This document shows, in pieces, positions 8,191 through 16,825 of a stretch of DNA of 64,000 bases. The notes under the pieces are model-generated. The model worked only from the letters and a program-made list of their open reading frames with translations, did not search any database and was not told the DNA's origin. The stretch covers positions 1 through 64,000 of IMG/VR virus record IMGVR_UViG_3300020406_000804; one strand, written 5' to 3'. Within the stretch, counting starts at the first letter, position 1, and each line of letters starts with the position of its first letter. This DNA is from a virus. A program made the translations under genes and the position numbers.

Positions 8191-9938
8191 AAAAAATTAA
8201 ACTTATAGTAGAAAAAGGCCCATCCGTCAGTTTCAGGGCTAAGGGTAAGGCTAGGACTAAAATAGGTTCTGAAGATAAAAGCTCTTTAAGTTACTGGCTT
8301 AAAACAGTTCAAGAAAGATATTTGAAGAAAATAAACTTAGATGTTTTAGATATTCAAAAAAATCTGACCTCTTCTGGTCACTTGAAGTCTCATATCCCAG
8401 GTAAATTAGATAATAAAACATTTGATGCAATTGCTAGATTTCAAGAACAAAATAAAGATAGAATAATAGAGCTTGGAGATCCGAGTCCTGTTGATAAGAT
8501 ATACGGACCGATTACTCATAGGGTTTGGCTTGAAACCACAGGTCAGTACAAAGAAGCTGAAAAGATCACGCAATCAGATGAATTAGAATTTTCTACTTTT
8601 GATGATAAGTACAACCCAGAAGAACTAAACTCATATACTAGTGAGCAAATATTAATAGTTGGGGATAGCACCGCCGTCGGCCTTATGAACAGATTAGGAA
8701 ATAAATATACCGGTGGCTTTTCCAAAAAAACTTTTACATTTCCAGATGGGAAGAAAACCAATTCTTTACCAACTCATAATGTGATGGATACTGCCATCGG
8801 AGGAGCCCGAACAGGATTAATTTTACACCAACTGGAAAAAAGAATAGAAACGCTACAGCAAGAGCTTGGTCATAATAAAGTAGAAAAAAAATTAATGATA
8901 ATTCATTGTGGAGGAAATGATTCCAGATGGTTTCAGCTGCAAAAGCAGGGTCAAATTTCGTGGGATAAGGACGCTAGTCCTAAATCAAATTTAGCTTTGC
9001 ACGATCCAGAATTTACTTACAATAATATAATAAAAATGGCTCAAATTGGAGAGGAATATGGATATGAAGTTAGAATTGTATCACTTCGGTTTAGGGGCGA
9101 AGAAAAATTTAAATCATTATATAGGGACAAATCGGGCCTACAAAATTATCATCAATCAAGTTTTAATTTAAAAATCAGAACTTCAAAATATTATGTAGTT
9201 CCAGGCATTTTGCCATCATCACTTGTATCATCATCTGACCTGGTACACGCATCACCCGCTGGAAGCAGCAAAATATTGAGTAGAGCTATGAATCCAAAAG
9301 CACCTGTAACTAAAACTATCAAATTAAAAAATACAAAATTAAATAAAAAAATTCCAGATTTAAAAAATGATATAGAATTTTTGCAAAAAGTAAAAAACTA
9401 CGCAAAAAAGCATGGAGCTGATCCAAATGATTTTCTCGCTGTTATGTATCATGAAACAGGAACTTTAAATCTAGACCCAGCTGCAGAAAATAATAATAAA
9501 AATCCTTGTGTTGGTTTGATACAGTTTTGCCCGGGCAGCGGGATGAAAGTTATAGGTAAATCTGGAGCAGAATTAAAAAGAATGACTAGATCTGAACAGT
9601 GGGACTATGTTGAAGTATATATGAATACAAAAAAAGCTTGGAAAAGTAACCCAACTTTATCAAGTATATATTTGGCAATATTCTTACCTGCGCTCTCTGG
9701 TTTGAATGAAGACGCAATCTTAGCAGCTGAAGATCCTTCTGTTTGTCATCCTGTAGCACGAAGATTAGGAGATAATTTTTTAAAAAGAGTTTGGAAGCAA
9801 AACCCAGCCAACCGTTCTATCACTACCATAGATAAAAAACAAGTTTCTGTAATAACTAAAGAAGGCATGGCTAAAAACATTAAATCAAAATCATCAAGGC
9901 TTCCAAAAAATTTATTTGGAAATTTGCCAAAAATATAA
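8187..9938 (+). CDS. modular cell-wall enzyme: peptidoglycan-binding domain, SGNH/GDSL esterase, lysozyme-like transglycosylase
   Basis: IQKNL..GKLDNKTFDAIARFQ..DKIYGPIT (PG-binding); IVGDST, GGND, DLVH (SGNH); AVMYHETG..GLIQF..EQWDYVEVY (lysozyme-like). Confidence 0.75.
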   Translation: MKKIKLIVEKGPSVSFRAKGKARTKIGSEDKSSLSYWLKTVQERYLKKINLDVLDIQKNLTSSGHLKSHIPGKLDNKTFDAIARFQEQNKDRIIELGDPSPVDKIYGPITHRVWLETTGQYKEAEKITQSDELEFSTFDDKYNPEELNSYTSEQILIVGDSTAVGLMNRLGNKYTGGFSKKTFTFPDGKKTNSLPTHNVMDTAIGGARTGLILHQLEKRIETLQQELGHNKVEKKLMIIHCGGNDSRWFQLQKQGQISWDKDASPKSNLALHDPEFTYNNIIKMAQIGEEYGYEVRIVSLRFRGEEKFKSLYRDKSGLQNYHQSSFNLKIRTSKYYVVPGILPSSLVSSSDLVHASPAGSSKILSRAMNPKAPVTKTIKLKNTKLNKKIPDLKNDIEFLQKVKNYAKKHGADPNDFLAVMYHETGTLNLDPAAENNNKNPCVGLIQFCPGSGMKVIGKSGAELKRMTRSEQWDYVEVYMNTKKAWKSNPTLSSIYLAIFLPALSGLNEDAILAAEDPSVCHPVARRLGDNFLKRVWKQNPANRSITTIDKKQVSVITKEGMAKNIKSKSSRLPKNLFGNLPKI

Positions 9939-9962
9939 ACTTATTATTAATAGGAGATAAAA

Positions 9963-10811
9963 ATGTCTAAAAAAATAAAAATTAAAATAACCGAAGGAGC
10001 CTGCTGCCCGGAAACACCTAGTATGCCCGCGACTTCATTGCCATCTAAAAAAATGAAAAATGTGCACAACCAAGAAGAGGCCAGAATGCATAGAACTACT
10101 CTTGCACATTTAATGGCCGATACAAAAGTACTTTTAGACATGATACAAGATGGAGATGACCTTCCAGAGTGGTTAGAAACAAAAATCACAAAAGCAGGAG
10201 ATTACATGTCTTCAGCTGCTCGTTATATTGCTGGAAACATGGCACGAGACTTAGGTCAATTGGAGGAAGCAGTTTTAACCCCAGAGCAAGCAGCGCAAAT
10301 AAAGTCTAGCATAACACCGGAACAGGCTTTAGAAATAATTCAAAGAATGACACCTGAGCAGCTTGCGCCTTTTATGGGATCCCCTGAAATCACAGAACAT
10401 CTTATGTCTGAGGGCTTTGTAGGCCTAACAGAGGAAATATTAGTAGAATCTCACTTTAAACTATACGAACTTCTTCAAGGCTCAATAGATGAAAATAACG
10501 AGAAGCCTTGTCCGCAATGTCTGTATGAAGTTTTATCAGAGGCTTCTTGCGGCTGCCCTGATTTAATTCCAGAAGCAGAGTATAGAGGTAGAAAAGTTAA
10601 GCTAAATAAGCCAATGAGAGGCGATGTTAAAAAATTTAAAGTCTATGTTAAAAATGCTAAAGGAAATGTTGTTAAAGTTAATTTTGGTGATAAAAATATG
10701 AGAATTAAAAAATCCAACCCCAAACGCAGAAAATCTTTCCGGGCCCGCCATAATTGCAAAAGCCCTGGGCCAAAATGGAAAGCAAGATATTGGTCTTGCA
10801 AAAAGTGGTAA
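9963..10811 (+). CDS. phage hypothetical protein (modular, possible head/internal protein)
   Basis: AGGAG RBS; LPEWLETKITKAGDY; TPEQ x3; EAEYRGRKVKLNKP..RRKSFRARHNC..ARYWSC. Confidence 0.7.
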   Translation: MSKKIKIKITEGACCPETPSMPATSLPSKKMKNVHNQEEARMHRTTLAHLMADTKVLLDMIQDGDDLPEWLETKITKAGDYMSSAARYIAGNMARDLGQLEEAVLTPEQAAQIKSSITPEQALEIIQRMTPEQLAPFMGSPEITEHLMSEGFVGLTEEILVESHFKLYELLQGSIDENNEKPCPQCLYEVLSEASCGCPDLIPEAEYRGRKVKLNKPMRGDVKKFKVYVKNAKGNVVKVNFGDKNMRIKKSNPKRRKSFRARHNCKSPGPKWKARYWSCKKW

Positions 10812-10818
10812 GTTTTAT

Positions 10819-10846
10819 TTGACATATCAAAAAAATTTGTTATAAT
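10819..10846 (+). promoter_or_regulatory. sigma70 promoter for tilS
   Basis: TTGACA, 16 bp, TATAAT with TG extension; ATG at 10853. Confidence 0.75.
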
Positions 10847-10852
10847 TTTTTT

Positions 10853-11455
10853 ATGATTAGAATTATTCGCAAAATTCCCTTAACTGTTACAGTTGCCTGT
10901 TCTGGGGGAATTGACAGCATGGCCGTTGTTAATTTTCTTTTGCAAGGAAAACGCAATGTGCGTTTGGCTTTTTTTAATCACGATACTCTTCACTCTCGGA
11001 ATGCTGAGCAGTTTGTAAAAAACTATGCCCATGAAAAGAATATAGACCTGCATTTAGGCCGAGTCCGAGGAAAAAAAGGTAAGCGCTCCATGGAAGAGTT
11101 TTGGAGAGATGAAAGATATTCTTTCCTTAACAGTGTACAATCTAATTTTATCATTACATGTCATCATCTAGACGATGCAGTTGAAACCTGGGTTATGTCA
11201 GCTATGCATGGTAAGTGTAAACTGATTCCATACCACAGGCCTGAAAACATTTATCGACCTTTTTTAATGACATCTAAAAAGAGTATAAAAGAATATGCTC
11301 AAAGAAAAAATTTAGAATGGATCGAAGACCCTTCAAACACAAGAACAGAGTATATTAGAAACCACATTAGGCACACCTGCATGCCGCATCTTTTAAAGAT
11401 AAACCCAGGAATACGAACTATGATTAGAAAAAAAATAATTGAAAATTATCTCTAA
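10853..11455 (+). CDS. tilS: tRNA(Ile)-lysidine synthetase, catalytic domain only
   Basis: PP-loop VACSGGIDS, FNH, RDERY, HHLDDAVET, RPFL, WIEDPSN, RNHIRH; adjacent to a CAU tRNA. Confidence 0.9.
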   Translation: MIRIIRKIPLTVTVACSGGIDSMAVVNFLLQGKRNVRLAFFNHDTLHSRNAEQFVKNYAHEKNIDLHLGRVRGKKGKRSMEEFWRDERYSFLNSVQSNFIITCHHLDDAVETWVMSAMHGKCKLIPYHRPENIYRPFLMTSKKSIKEYAQRKNLEWIEDPSNTRTEYIRNHIRHTCMPHLLKINPGIRTMIRKKIIENYL

Positions 11456-11467
11456 TTATGTTATAAA
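11439..11467 (+). promoter_or_regulatory. probable sigma70 promoter for the tRNA
   Basis: TTGAAA-17 bp-TATAAA ending 10 nt upstream of the tRNA. Confidence 0.5.
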
Positions 11468-11477
11468 ATAACTAAGA

Positions 11478-11554
11478 GGGCCTATAGCTCAATCGGTTAG
11501 AGCAACAGTCTCATAAACTGTAGGCTCCTGGTTCAAGTCCAGGTGGGCCCACCA
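11478..11554 (+). tRNA. tRNA-Ile2 (anticodon CAU, lysidine-modified type)
   Basis: Acceptor GGGCCTA/TGGGCCC, anticodon arm ACAGT-CTCATAA-ACTGT, T-arm CCTGG-TTCAAGT-CCAGG, encoded CCA. Has C4-G69 and C5-G68; lacks initiator features. Confidence 0.9.
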
Positions 11555-11578
11555 ACAAAATAAAAAAGGAGTTTTAAA

Positions 11579-11758
11579 ATGACAATTTCGGAAAAACTAA
11601 AAGAAATTTTACAAACATTAATAAAGGCAGAAGAAGATGCTATTAAATGTGAGTCTGGCAATGCGTCCGCCGGCCGCCGATTAAGAAAGGCATCAATGGC
11701 TGTTATTAAAGAACTAAAGGATCTAAGAGCGCAGGTTCTTGAGCAAAATAAAAAATGA
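11579..11758 (+). CDS. Hc1-family histone H1-like small protein (59 aa, not in ORF track)
   Basis: AAGGAG RBS; MTISEKLKEILQTLIKAEEDAIKCESGNASAGRRLRKASMAVIKELKDLRAQVLEQNKK*; GNxxAGxRxRK signature; ATGA overlap with clpP. Confidence 0.8.
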   Translation: MTISEKLKEILQTLIKAEEDAIKCESGNASAGRRLRKASMAVIKELKDLRAQVLEQNKK

Positions 11759-12393
11759 AAGATTTTACTTGGGGACTATCTGAGACTTCCTCTGTTGAGT
11801 CTACAAAGACAGTGCACGACTTTGCATCTGAAAGTGATATGCATTCTTCTGTAGATCAAAATGTTGTAGATATAAGTCATAACAGAATTTATTATTATTC
11901 TGGAGTGTCTAGGCCAAAAATTTTAAAGCTAAATAAGCACATATTTAACTTAAACACAAACATGTCTATAAAAATGACGCCATATGGCCTTGATCCACCA
12001 CCTATTTACCTTCATATAAATAGCTATGGAGGGTCTGTATTTGCTGGCTTGGCCGCAGTTGACTACATTAAAAACTCGAAAATACCGGTTTACACGGTGA
12101 TAGATGGTTGCGCAGCATCAGCAGCAACTTTGATGTCTTGCGTAGGTTCTCATAGAATGATGCATAAAAATGCATGTATGTTAATACATCAGCTTTCAGG
12201 CGCTATGTGGGGTAAATTTCAAGAAATGGAAGATGATATGGAGAATTCAAAAATGTTGATGGAAAAAATTAAAAAAATATACAAAGAGCACACAAGCATA
12301 CCAAAAAAAGAGCTTAACAATATACTAAAGCATGATTTGTGGTGGGAAGCTGAAAAGTGCCTTGAGTATGGATTGGTGGATGAGGTTATATAA
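11755..12393 (+). CDS. clpP: ClpP-family protease proteolytic subunit
   Basis: HINSYGGSVFAG, CAASAA (Ser), MLIHQ (His), HDLWW (Asp), YGLVDEV. Confidence 0.85.
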   Translation: MKDFTWGLSETSSVESTKTVHDFASESDMHSSVDQNVVDISHNRIYYYSGVSRPKILKLNKHIFNLNTNMSIKMTPYGLDPPPIYLHINSYGGSVFAGLAAVDYIKNSKIPVYTVIDGCAASAATLMSCVGSHRMMHKNACMLIHQLSGAMWGKFQEMEDDMENSKMLMEKIKKIYKEHTSIPKKELNNILKHDLWWEAEKCLEYGLVDEVI

Positions 12394-12716
12394 TGAGTTT
12401 TTTAAGTAATTTTGGTTTTAGCAGCTTAAAAGAAGAAGAAAAAATAAGGTCTGCTGAGGCTTCCGAAACTTTAATATTATCTTTTTTTGAAGATTTTGCA
12501 GACATTGCAGATTTTAAAAACCACAAAAGTCATCACTTCCCCGGAAGGAAAAACGTTTACAGATTCACTTGCAAGATGATGTCTTTGAAATTATTATCAA
12601 ATTTATCAAATGACAAAAGAATTAAAAACGTTTTCTTTTCGCCATCTCAGCCACCGCCAGGAGGGGGTTTAGATGGAATCTCTATGAGATATAAAGTATA
12701 CATTGAGTACTATTGA
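12393..12716 (+). CDS. hypothetical protein
   Basis: 107-aa ORF coupled to clpP (TAATG). Confidence 0.6.
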   Translation: MSFLSNFGFSSLKEEEKIRSAEASETLILSFFEDFADIADFKNHKSHHFPGRKNVYRFTCKMMSLKLLSNLSNDKRIKNVFFSPSQPPPGGGLDGISMRYKVYIEYY

Positions 12717-13444
12717 TAATATCTTTTTGCGTTAAGTAGGAACATTTTGAATGTTTTATGGTTGCTCATTAGCGATACGTTTGAGAACCCTAGATTTGTC
12801 CCCCAGACAATCCCTACAATTTCATTTCGATAGTTTAAAACAGCAGATCCAGAAGAGCCCCCAGCTGCAGGAGCTGTAATCATAGAAGACGAATCGTCTA
12901 TAACTCCTGAAAAAATTCCTTTAAATATTGGAACTGTTGGAGGATGATAGATTCCCATCGGCGCGCCAACATAGTACAGTTCTTCTCCGACCTTCGGCCC
13001 AAAAATAGAAAATTTAATTTTTTTAACTTTCAAGGTAGGAACCCAAAGTAGGCACAAATCTGCATTTCCATTTTCATCGTTGTGGGTTATCATAATTGGC
13101 CAAGCTTGATGAAATTTAGTTTTATGATCAAATACTTTTATTGTTTGAACAATGTTTTTAATTTCATCGGTTGGCCTTACGTCGCAAACATGACCGGCTG
13201 TTATAACGGTCATGACCCCCTTTATTAAATTAATAGCCATGCCGCTACCCATACTTGTATAGACCCCGACAGGGCACTTTGGATCTTTCTGGTCAACACA
13301 GGAAATAATATCAGCAGTGTGATATATTTTTACAAAACTTTTTGTAGGTGGATTTCTTATCTTGCTGTTCACAGGAGTTGTAGTGCAACTATATAAAAAA
13401 AAGATTATTAAACTTAAATATATATTTTTGTTTCCTGGCAGCAT
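12710..13444 (-). CDS. trypsin-like serine protease, probable lipoprotein
   Basis: Hydrophobic signal ending FLYSC; TAGHVC (His), ADLCLL (Asp), GGSSGS (Ser). Confidence 0.85.
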   Translation of the reverse strand: MLPGNKNIYLSLIIFFLYSCTTTPVNSKIRNPPTKSFVKIYHTADIISCVDQKDPKCPVGVYTSMGSGMAINLIKGVMTVITAGHVCDVRPTDEIKNIVQTIKVFDHKTKFHQAWPIMITHNDENGNADLCLLWVPTLKVKKIKFSIFGPKVGEELYYVGAPMGIYHPPTVPIFKGIFSGVIDDSSSMITAPAAGGSSGSAVLNYRNEIVGIVWGTNLGFSNVSLMSNHKTFKMFLLNAKRYYQ

Positions 13445-13491
13445 ATATAATAACTATACTACAAAATATTTTTTTGTTAAAAGGAGATAAA

Positions 13492-13674
13492 ATGTTTTTA
13501 TTGTTGTTAATGGCATCGACGCCAATCCTTGTACCCCAATTAGATAAAGATGAGTCTAAATATTTTATTAATCATAAAAAAATTGAAAAATTTAATATTT
13601 GCAAAACATGTGATAATATAAAGTACATAAAGCTTCCAACACCCATGGTAAAAGTTAATAAAAAATCTATTTAA
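13492..13674 (+). CDS. small hypothetical protein
   Basis: AAGGAG RBS before ATG 13492; hydrophobic N-terminus and CxxC. Confidence 0.45.
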   Translation: MFLLLLMASTPILVPQLDKDESKYFINHKKIEKFNICKTCDNIKYIKLPTPMVKVNKKSI

Positions 13675-13700
13675 TATTGTTGGAGAAAAAAGGATTAGTT

Positions 13701-15020
13701 TTGGCAAAAAAGACTTATGTTCTAGATACCAGCGTTTATTTAACAGACGCTAACTGTTTAACCTCATTTTTTAATAATGATATTGTAATACCGCTGAAGG
13801 TTTTAGAAGAGATAGATAAACACAAAAAAAGACAAGATTCAGTGGGCTCGCAGGCAAGGTCTATTATTAGAAATCTAGATAAATTAAGGTCAAAGGGCAG
13901 CCTATCAAAAGGCGTAAGAATAGATAAAGGATTAGGAATTATAAGAGTTAGTTCTTATAACCCTCTCTCTTTACCCGATGATTTAGATCTTGAAGATTCA
14001 GATAATCAAATTATTGCCACTGCCTTGTCAGAAAAAGAATCTCAAAAAACTGTAAAGAGTAGAAAAGTTATTGTTGTGTCACGAGACATTAATATGAGAG
14101 TAAAGTGTGATGCTTTAGGTTTACTGACAGAAGATTATCAAGCAGAAAGAGTAGTCAAAAGTTCAGAAGGCTTATATACTGGAAGATCTGAGATATTAGT
14201 TGATGAACAAGAAATAGATAAATTTTACAACAATGAAGATATTTGGCTAGATGAAGAAAAGTACCAACTTTATCCAAATCAGTATGTAATGCTTATATCA
14301 AGCTCTAATGAAAAAAAGACAGCTTTAGCTAGATTTGTAGATTATAAGAATCCTTTGAGGAAAATTATTACCAGCAACAAAAAAATTTGGTCAACAACAG
14401 CTAGAAATAAAGAGCAGCAATTTGCAATAGATTTGTTGATGGACCCAAACGTTCCAGTAGTTTCTTTAGTTGGTAAAGCGGGTTCAGGCAAAACTTTATT
14501 AGCATTAGCAGCCGGCCTTGAGCAAACCTTTGAAAGTCGCACTTATAAAAAAATTGTAGTAACAAAGCCAGTAGAGCCAGTGGGAAAAGATATTGGATTT
14601 TTACCAGGCTCAATGGAAGAAAAAATGATGCCTTGGTTAGCCCCAATACAAGATAACTTGCAATTTTTGATGGGAGATGATCGAGCAACTCTTGAAATGT
14701 ACATTGCTAAAGGTCAGATTGAGGTAGAGGCAATGACATTCATAAGAGGTAGATCTATTTCAAATGCGTTTATTGTCATTGATGAAGTGCAGAACATGAC
14801 TCAGCATGAAATTAAAACTGTATTGACAAGAGTTGGAGAAGGAACAAAAATAATATTAACTGGAGATATAGAACAAATTGATAATGTTTATATAGATGCT
14901 ACAAATAATGGACTATCATACGTTGTTGAAACTTTGAAAGAAGAAGGGATAACTGGTCACGTAACACTATTGAAAGGCGAGAGGTCAAAAGTAGCTTCAA
15001 TAGCTGCAAAAAGACTATGA
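13701..15020 (+). CDS. phoH: PIN-PhoH family protein
   Basis: YVLDTSV (PIN), SRDINMRVK, GKAGSGKT, DIGFLPG, IRGRS, IDEVQN, GDIEQID. The start could be 13677. Confidence 0.92.
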   Translation: MAKKTYVLDTSVYLTDANCLTSFFNNDIVIPLKVLEEIDKHKKRQDSVGSQARSIIRNLDKLRSKGSLSKGVRIDKGLGIIRVSSYNPLSLPDDLDLEDSDNQIIATALSEKESQKTVKSRKVIVVSRDINMRVKCDALGLLTEDYQAERVVKSSEGLYTGRSEILVDEQEIDKFYNNEDIWLDEEKYQLYPNQYVMLISSSNEKKTALARFVDYKNPLRKIITSNKKIWSTTARNKEQQFAIDLLMDPNVPVVSLVGKAGSGKTLLALAAGLEQTFESRTYKKIVVTKPVEPVGKDIGFLPGSMEEKMMPWLAPIQDNLQFLMGDDRATLEMYIAKGQIEVEAMTFIRGRSISNAFIVIDEVQNMTQHEIKTVLTRVGEGTKIILTGDIEQIDNVYIDATNNGLSYVVETLKEEGITGHVTLLKGERSKVASIAAKRL

Positions 15021-15703
15021 CAGTAAAAAATTATATTAAAAATAAAAAACAAAATTCTTTTAATGTAAAGGGTGTTGAAATTTTTATAAAAGATTATCCA
15101 CCTTCTAATGTGAATGCTAAGCTAGTCATACAGAGTCTTTTTAAAAAGATACCCTCTAAGTTATTAAGAAATTTAGATATTATATATATAGGACAATTTC
15201 AACACTTAGTAGATAGAAACATACAAGCTATGTACGAAAACTCAAGCATCTTTATTACAAATGAGCAGTTATCTGACGATGATATGTTAGATGATCTTGT
15301 TCATGAAGTTGCGCACTCCGTTGAAGAAATATATAATAATATGATATACGGAGATTCAAAAATAGAAAATGAATTTTTATTAAAAAGAAAAAAACTTTGG
15401 TATTATTTAAAATCAGAAGGATACGATTGTGATTTAAGTGATTTTTTAGAGACTAAATTTACACATAAATTTGATAATTTTTTATATATGGAGGTTGGTT
15501 ATCCTGTTTTATCTGCAATGACAGTTAATTTATTCTATTCCCCATACGGATCAACTTCTATTAGAGAATACTTCGCAAATGGATTTGAGGCGTTCTATAT
15601 GCAAGAAGACATTAGCAGGCTAAAGAAAATTAGTCCTGAATTATACAAAAAGATAATAGAAATAAATAAAGTTGAAGAGGAAAAAAATGAATACTTTTAC
15701 TAA
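15017..15703 (+). CDS. putative zinc-metallopeptidase-like protein
   Basis: LVHEVAH (HExxH) and downstream REYFANGFE. Confidence 0.6.
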   Translation: MTVKNYIKNKKQNSFNVKGVEIFIKDYPPSNVNAKLVIQSLFKKIPSKLLRNLDIIYIGQFQHLVDRNIQAMYENSSIFITNEQLSDDDMLDDLVHEVAHSVEEIYNNMIYGDSKIENEFLLKRKKLWYYLKSEGYDCDLSDFLETKFTHKFDNFLYMEVGYPVLSAMTVNLFYSPYGSTSIREYFANGFEAFYMQEDISRLKKISPELYKKIIEINKVEEEKNEYFY

Positions 15704-15998
15704 AGAAATAACAATAGAAAATAAGATACTACAAATCAGAGTGTCTTGTGAATTACGATCTCACATTGGAATTCCAAAACAGATTTTTTTAGAAGATATA
15801 AACAATCTCATCCCAGAAAGTTTAAAAAATAATATAGAAATGATATCCGCGCCATCATTAAGAATTTCGAACATAAACTCAGCTGAGTTTTCAAATTTTG
15901 GCGTATGGACCTTTAAGATATTGGAACCAAATGTAGTCGAAAAATCACCTCAAAAATCAAAGACAAGAAGATCTAGAACACAAAGAAAAAAAACTTGA
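15687..15998 (+). CDS. hypothetical protein
   Basis: GAGG RBS before ATG 15687; basic C-terminal tail. Confidence 0.55.
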   Translation: MNTFTKEITIENKILQIRVSCELRSHIGIPKQIFLEDINNLIPESLKNNIEMISAPSLRISNINSAEFSNFGVWTFKILEPNVVEKSPQKSKTRRSRTQRKKT

Positions 15999-16023
15999 CA
16001 AAAGTATAAAATTTTTATATAAT
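15995..16023 (+). promoter_or_regulatory. consensus sigma70 promoter
   Basis: TTGACA (15995-16000), 17 bp, TATAAT (16018-16023); ATG at 16031. Confidence 0.8.
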
Positions 16024-16030
16024 TTTATAT

Positions 16031-16822
16031 ATGGATAATAATAGTATTAAAAAAATTAGTTACTCTGCTTTAAAAAAATGGAAAGAGTGTCCTTATAAAT
16101 TTTATTTAAATTATGTAAAAGACTTAAAAAGCTTCAAAGGAAATGAATATACAGCTTTTGGAACAGCAATTCACGAAGCTTGTGAAGCGTGTCTTGGACC
16201 TTCTGAAGAAAACGATTTAAATAAAGTTTTCCTCAAATCTTTTAAAAATCAAATAAAAAATCTCAGAGAAGACGAAGTTGATCTAGACGACAATCTTTTG
16301 TCGAACATGGAGAGCCAAGCAAAGCCAATTTGCGAAAATGTACTACCAGCTCTAAAATCATATATACCAGAATTTGAAGTTTTCTCAATAGAAGAAGAAA
16401 TATTAGAAGATATAGAGCAATTTAATTCTTTTGGCACATCATTTAAAGGCTTCATAGACTTAGTGCTGAAGACTCCTGACGGTAAATATCATATTATTGA
16501 TTGGAAAACATGCAGTTGGGGCTGGGATTCTAAAAAAAAGTCTGATCCTATGATTAATTATCAATTAACATATTATAAAATTTTTCTTTCAAAAAAACAC
16601 AATATTGATTTAGATGATATAGAGACTCATTTTGCATTATTGAAGCGAACTGCAAAACAAAATATTGTAGAGTTTTTTAGGGTATCATCTGGCCCAAAAA
16701 AAATTCAAAACTCTTTAAAAGTTTTAGAAAATGCTGTTATAAATATAGAAAATAAAAATTTTATAAAAAATAGATTAAGTTGTAAATATTGCGACTTTTA
16801 TAAAACCGAGCACTGTAAATAA
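16031..16822 (+). CDS. PD-(D/E)XK nuclease, Cas4/AddB-like
   Basis: ISYS..WKECPYKF, FGTAIH, GFIDLV..IIDWKT, QLTYY, C-terminal CKYCDFYKTEHC. Confidence 0.88.
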   Translation: MDNNSIKKISYSALKKWKECPYKFYLNYVKDLKSFKGNEYTAFGTAIHEACEACLGPSEENDLNKVFLKSFKNQIKNLREDEVDLDDNLLSNMESQAKPICENVLPALKSYIPEFEVFSIEEEILEDIEQFNSFGTSFKGFIDLVLKTPDGKYHIIDWKTCSWGWDSKKKSDPMINYQLTYYKIFLSKKHNIDLDDIETHFALLKRTAKQNIVEFFRVSSGPKKIQNSLKVLENAVINIENKNFIKNRLSCKYCDFYKTEHCK

Positions 16823-16825
16823 AAA

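Noticed and set aside
11478-11554. tRNA-Met or initiator tRNA
   Set aside because: G1-C72 is paired, there is no GGG/CCC anticodon stem, the acceptor pairs are Ile2-type, and tilS is adjacent.
16031-16822. CRISPR-Cas system
   Set aside because: Solo Cas4-like nuclease; no cas1/cas2, effector or array in the window.
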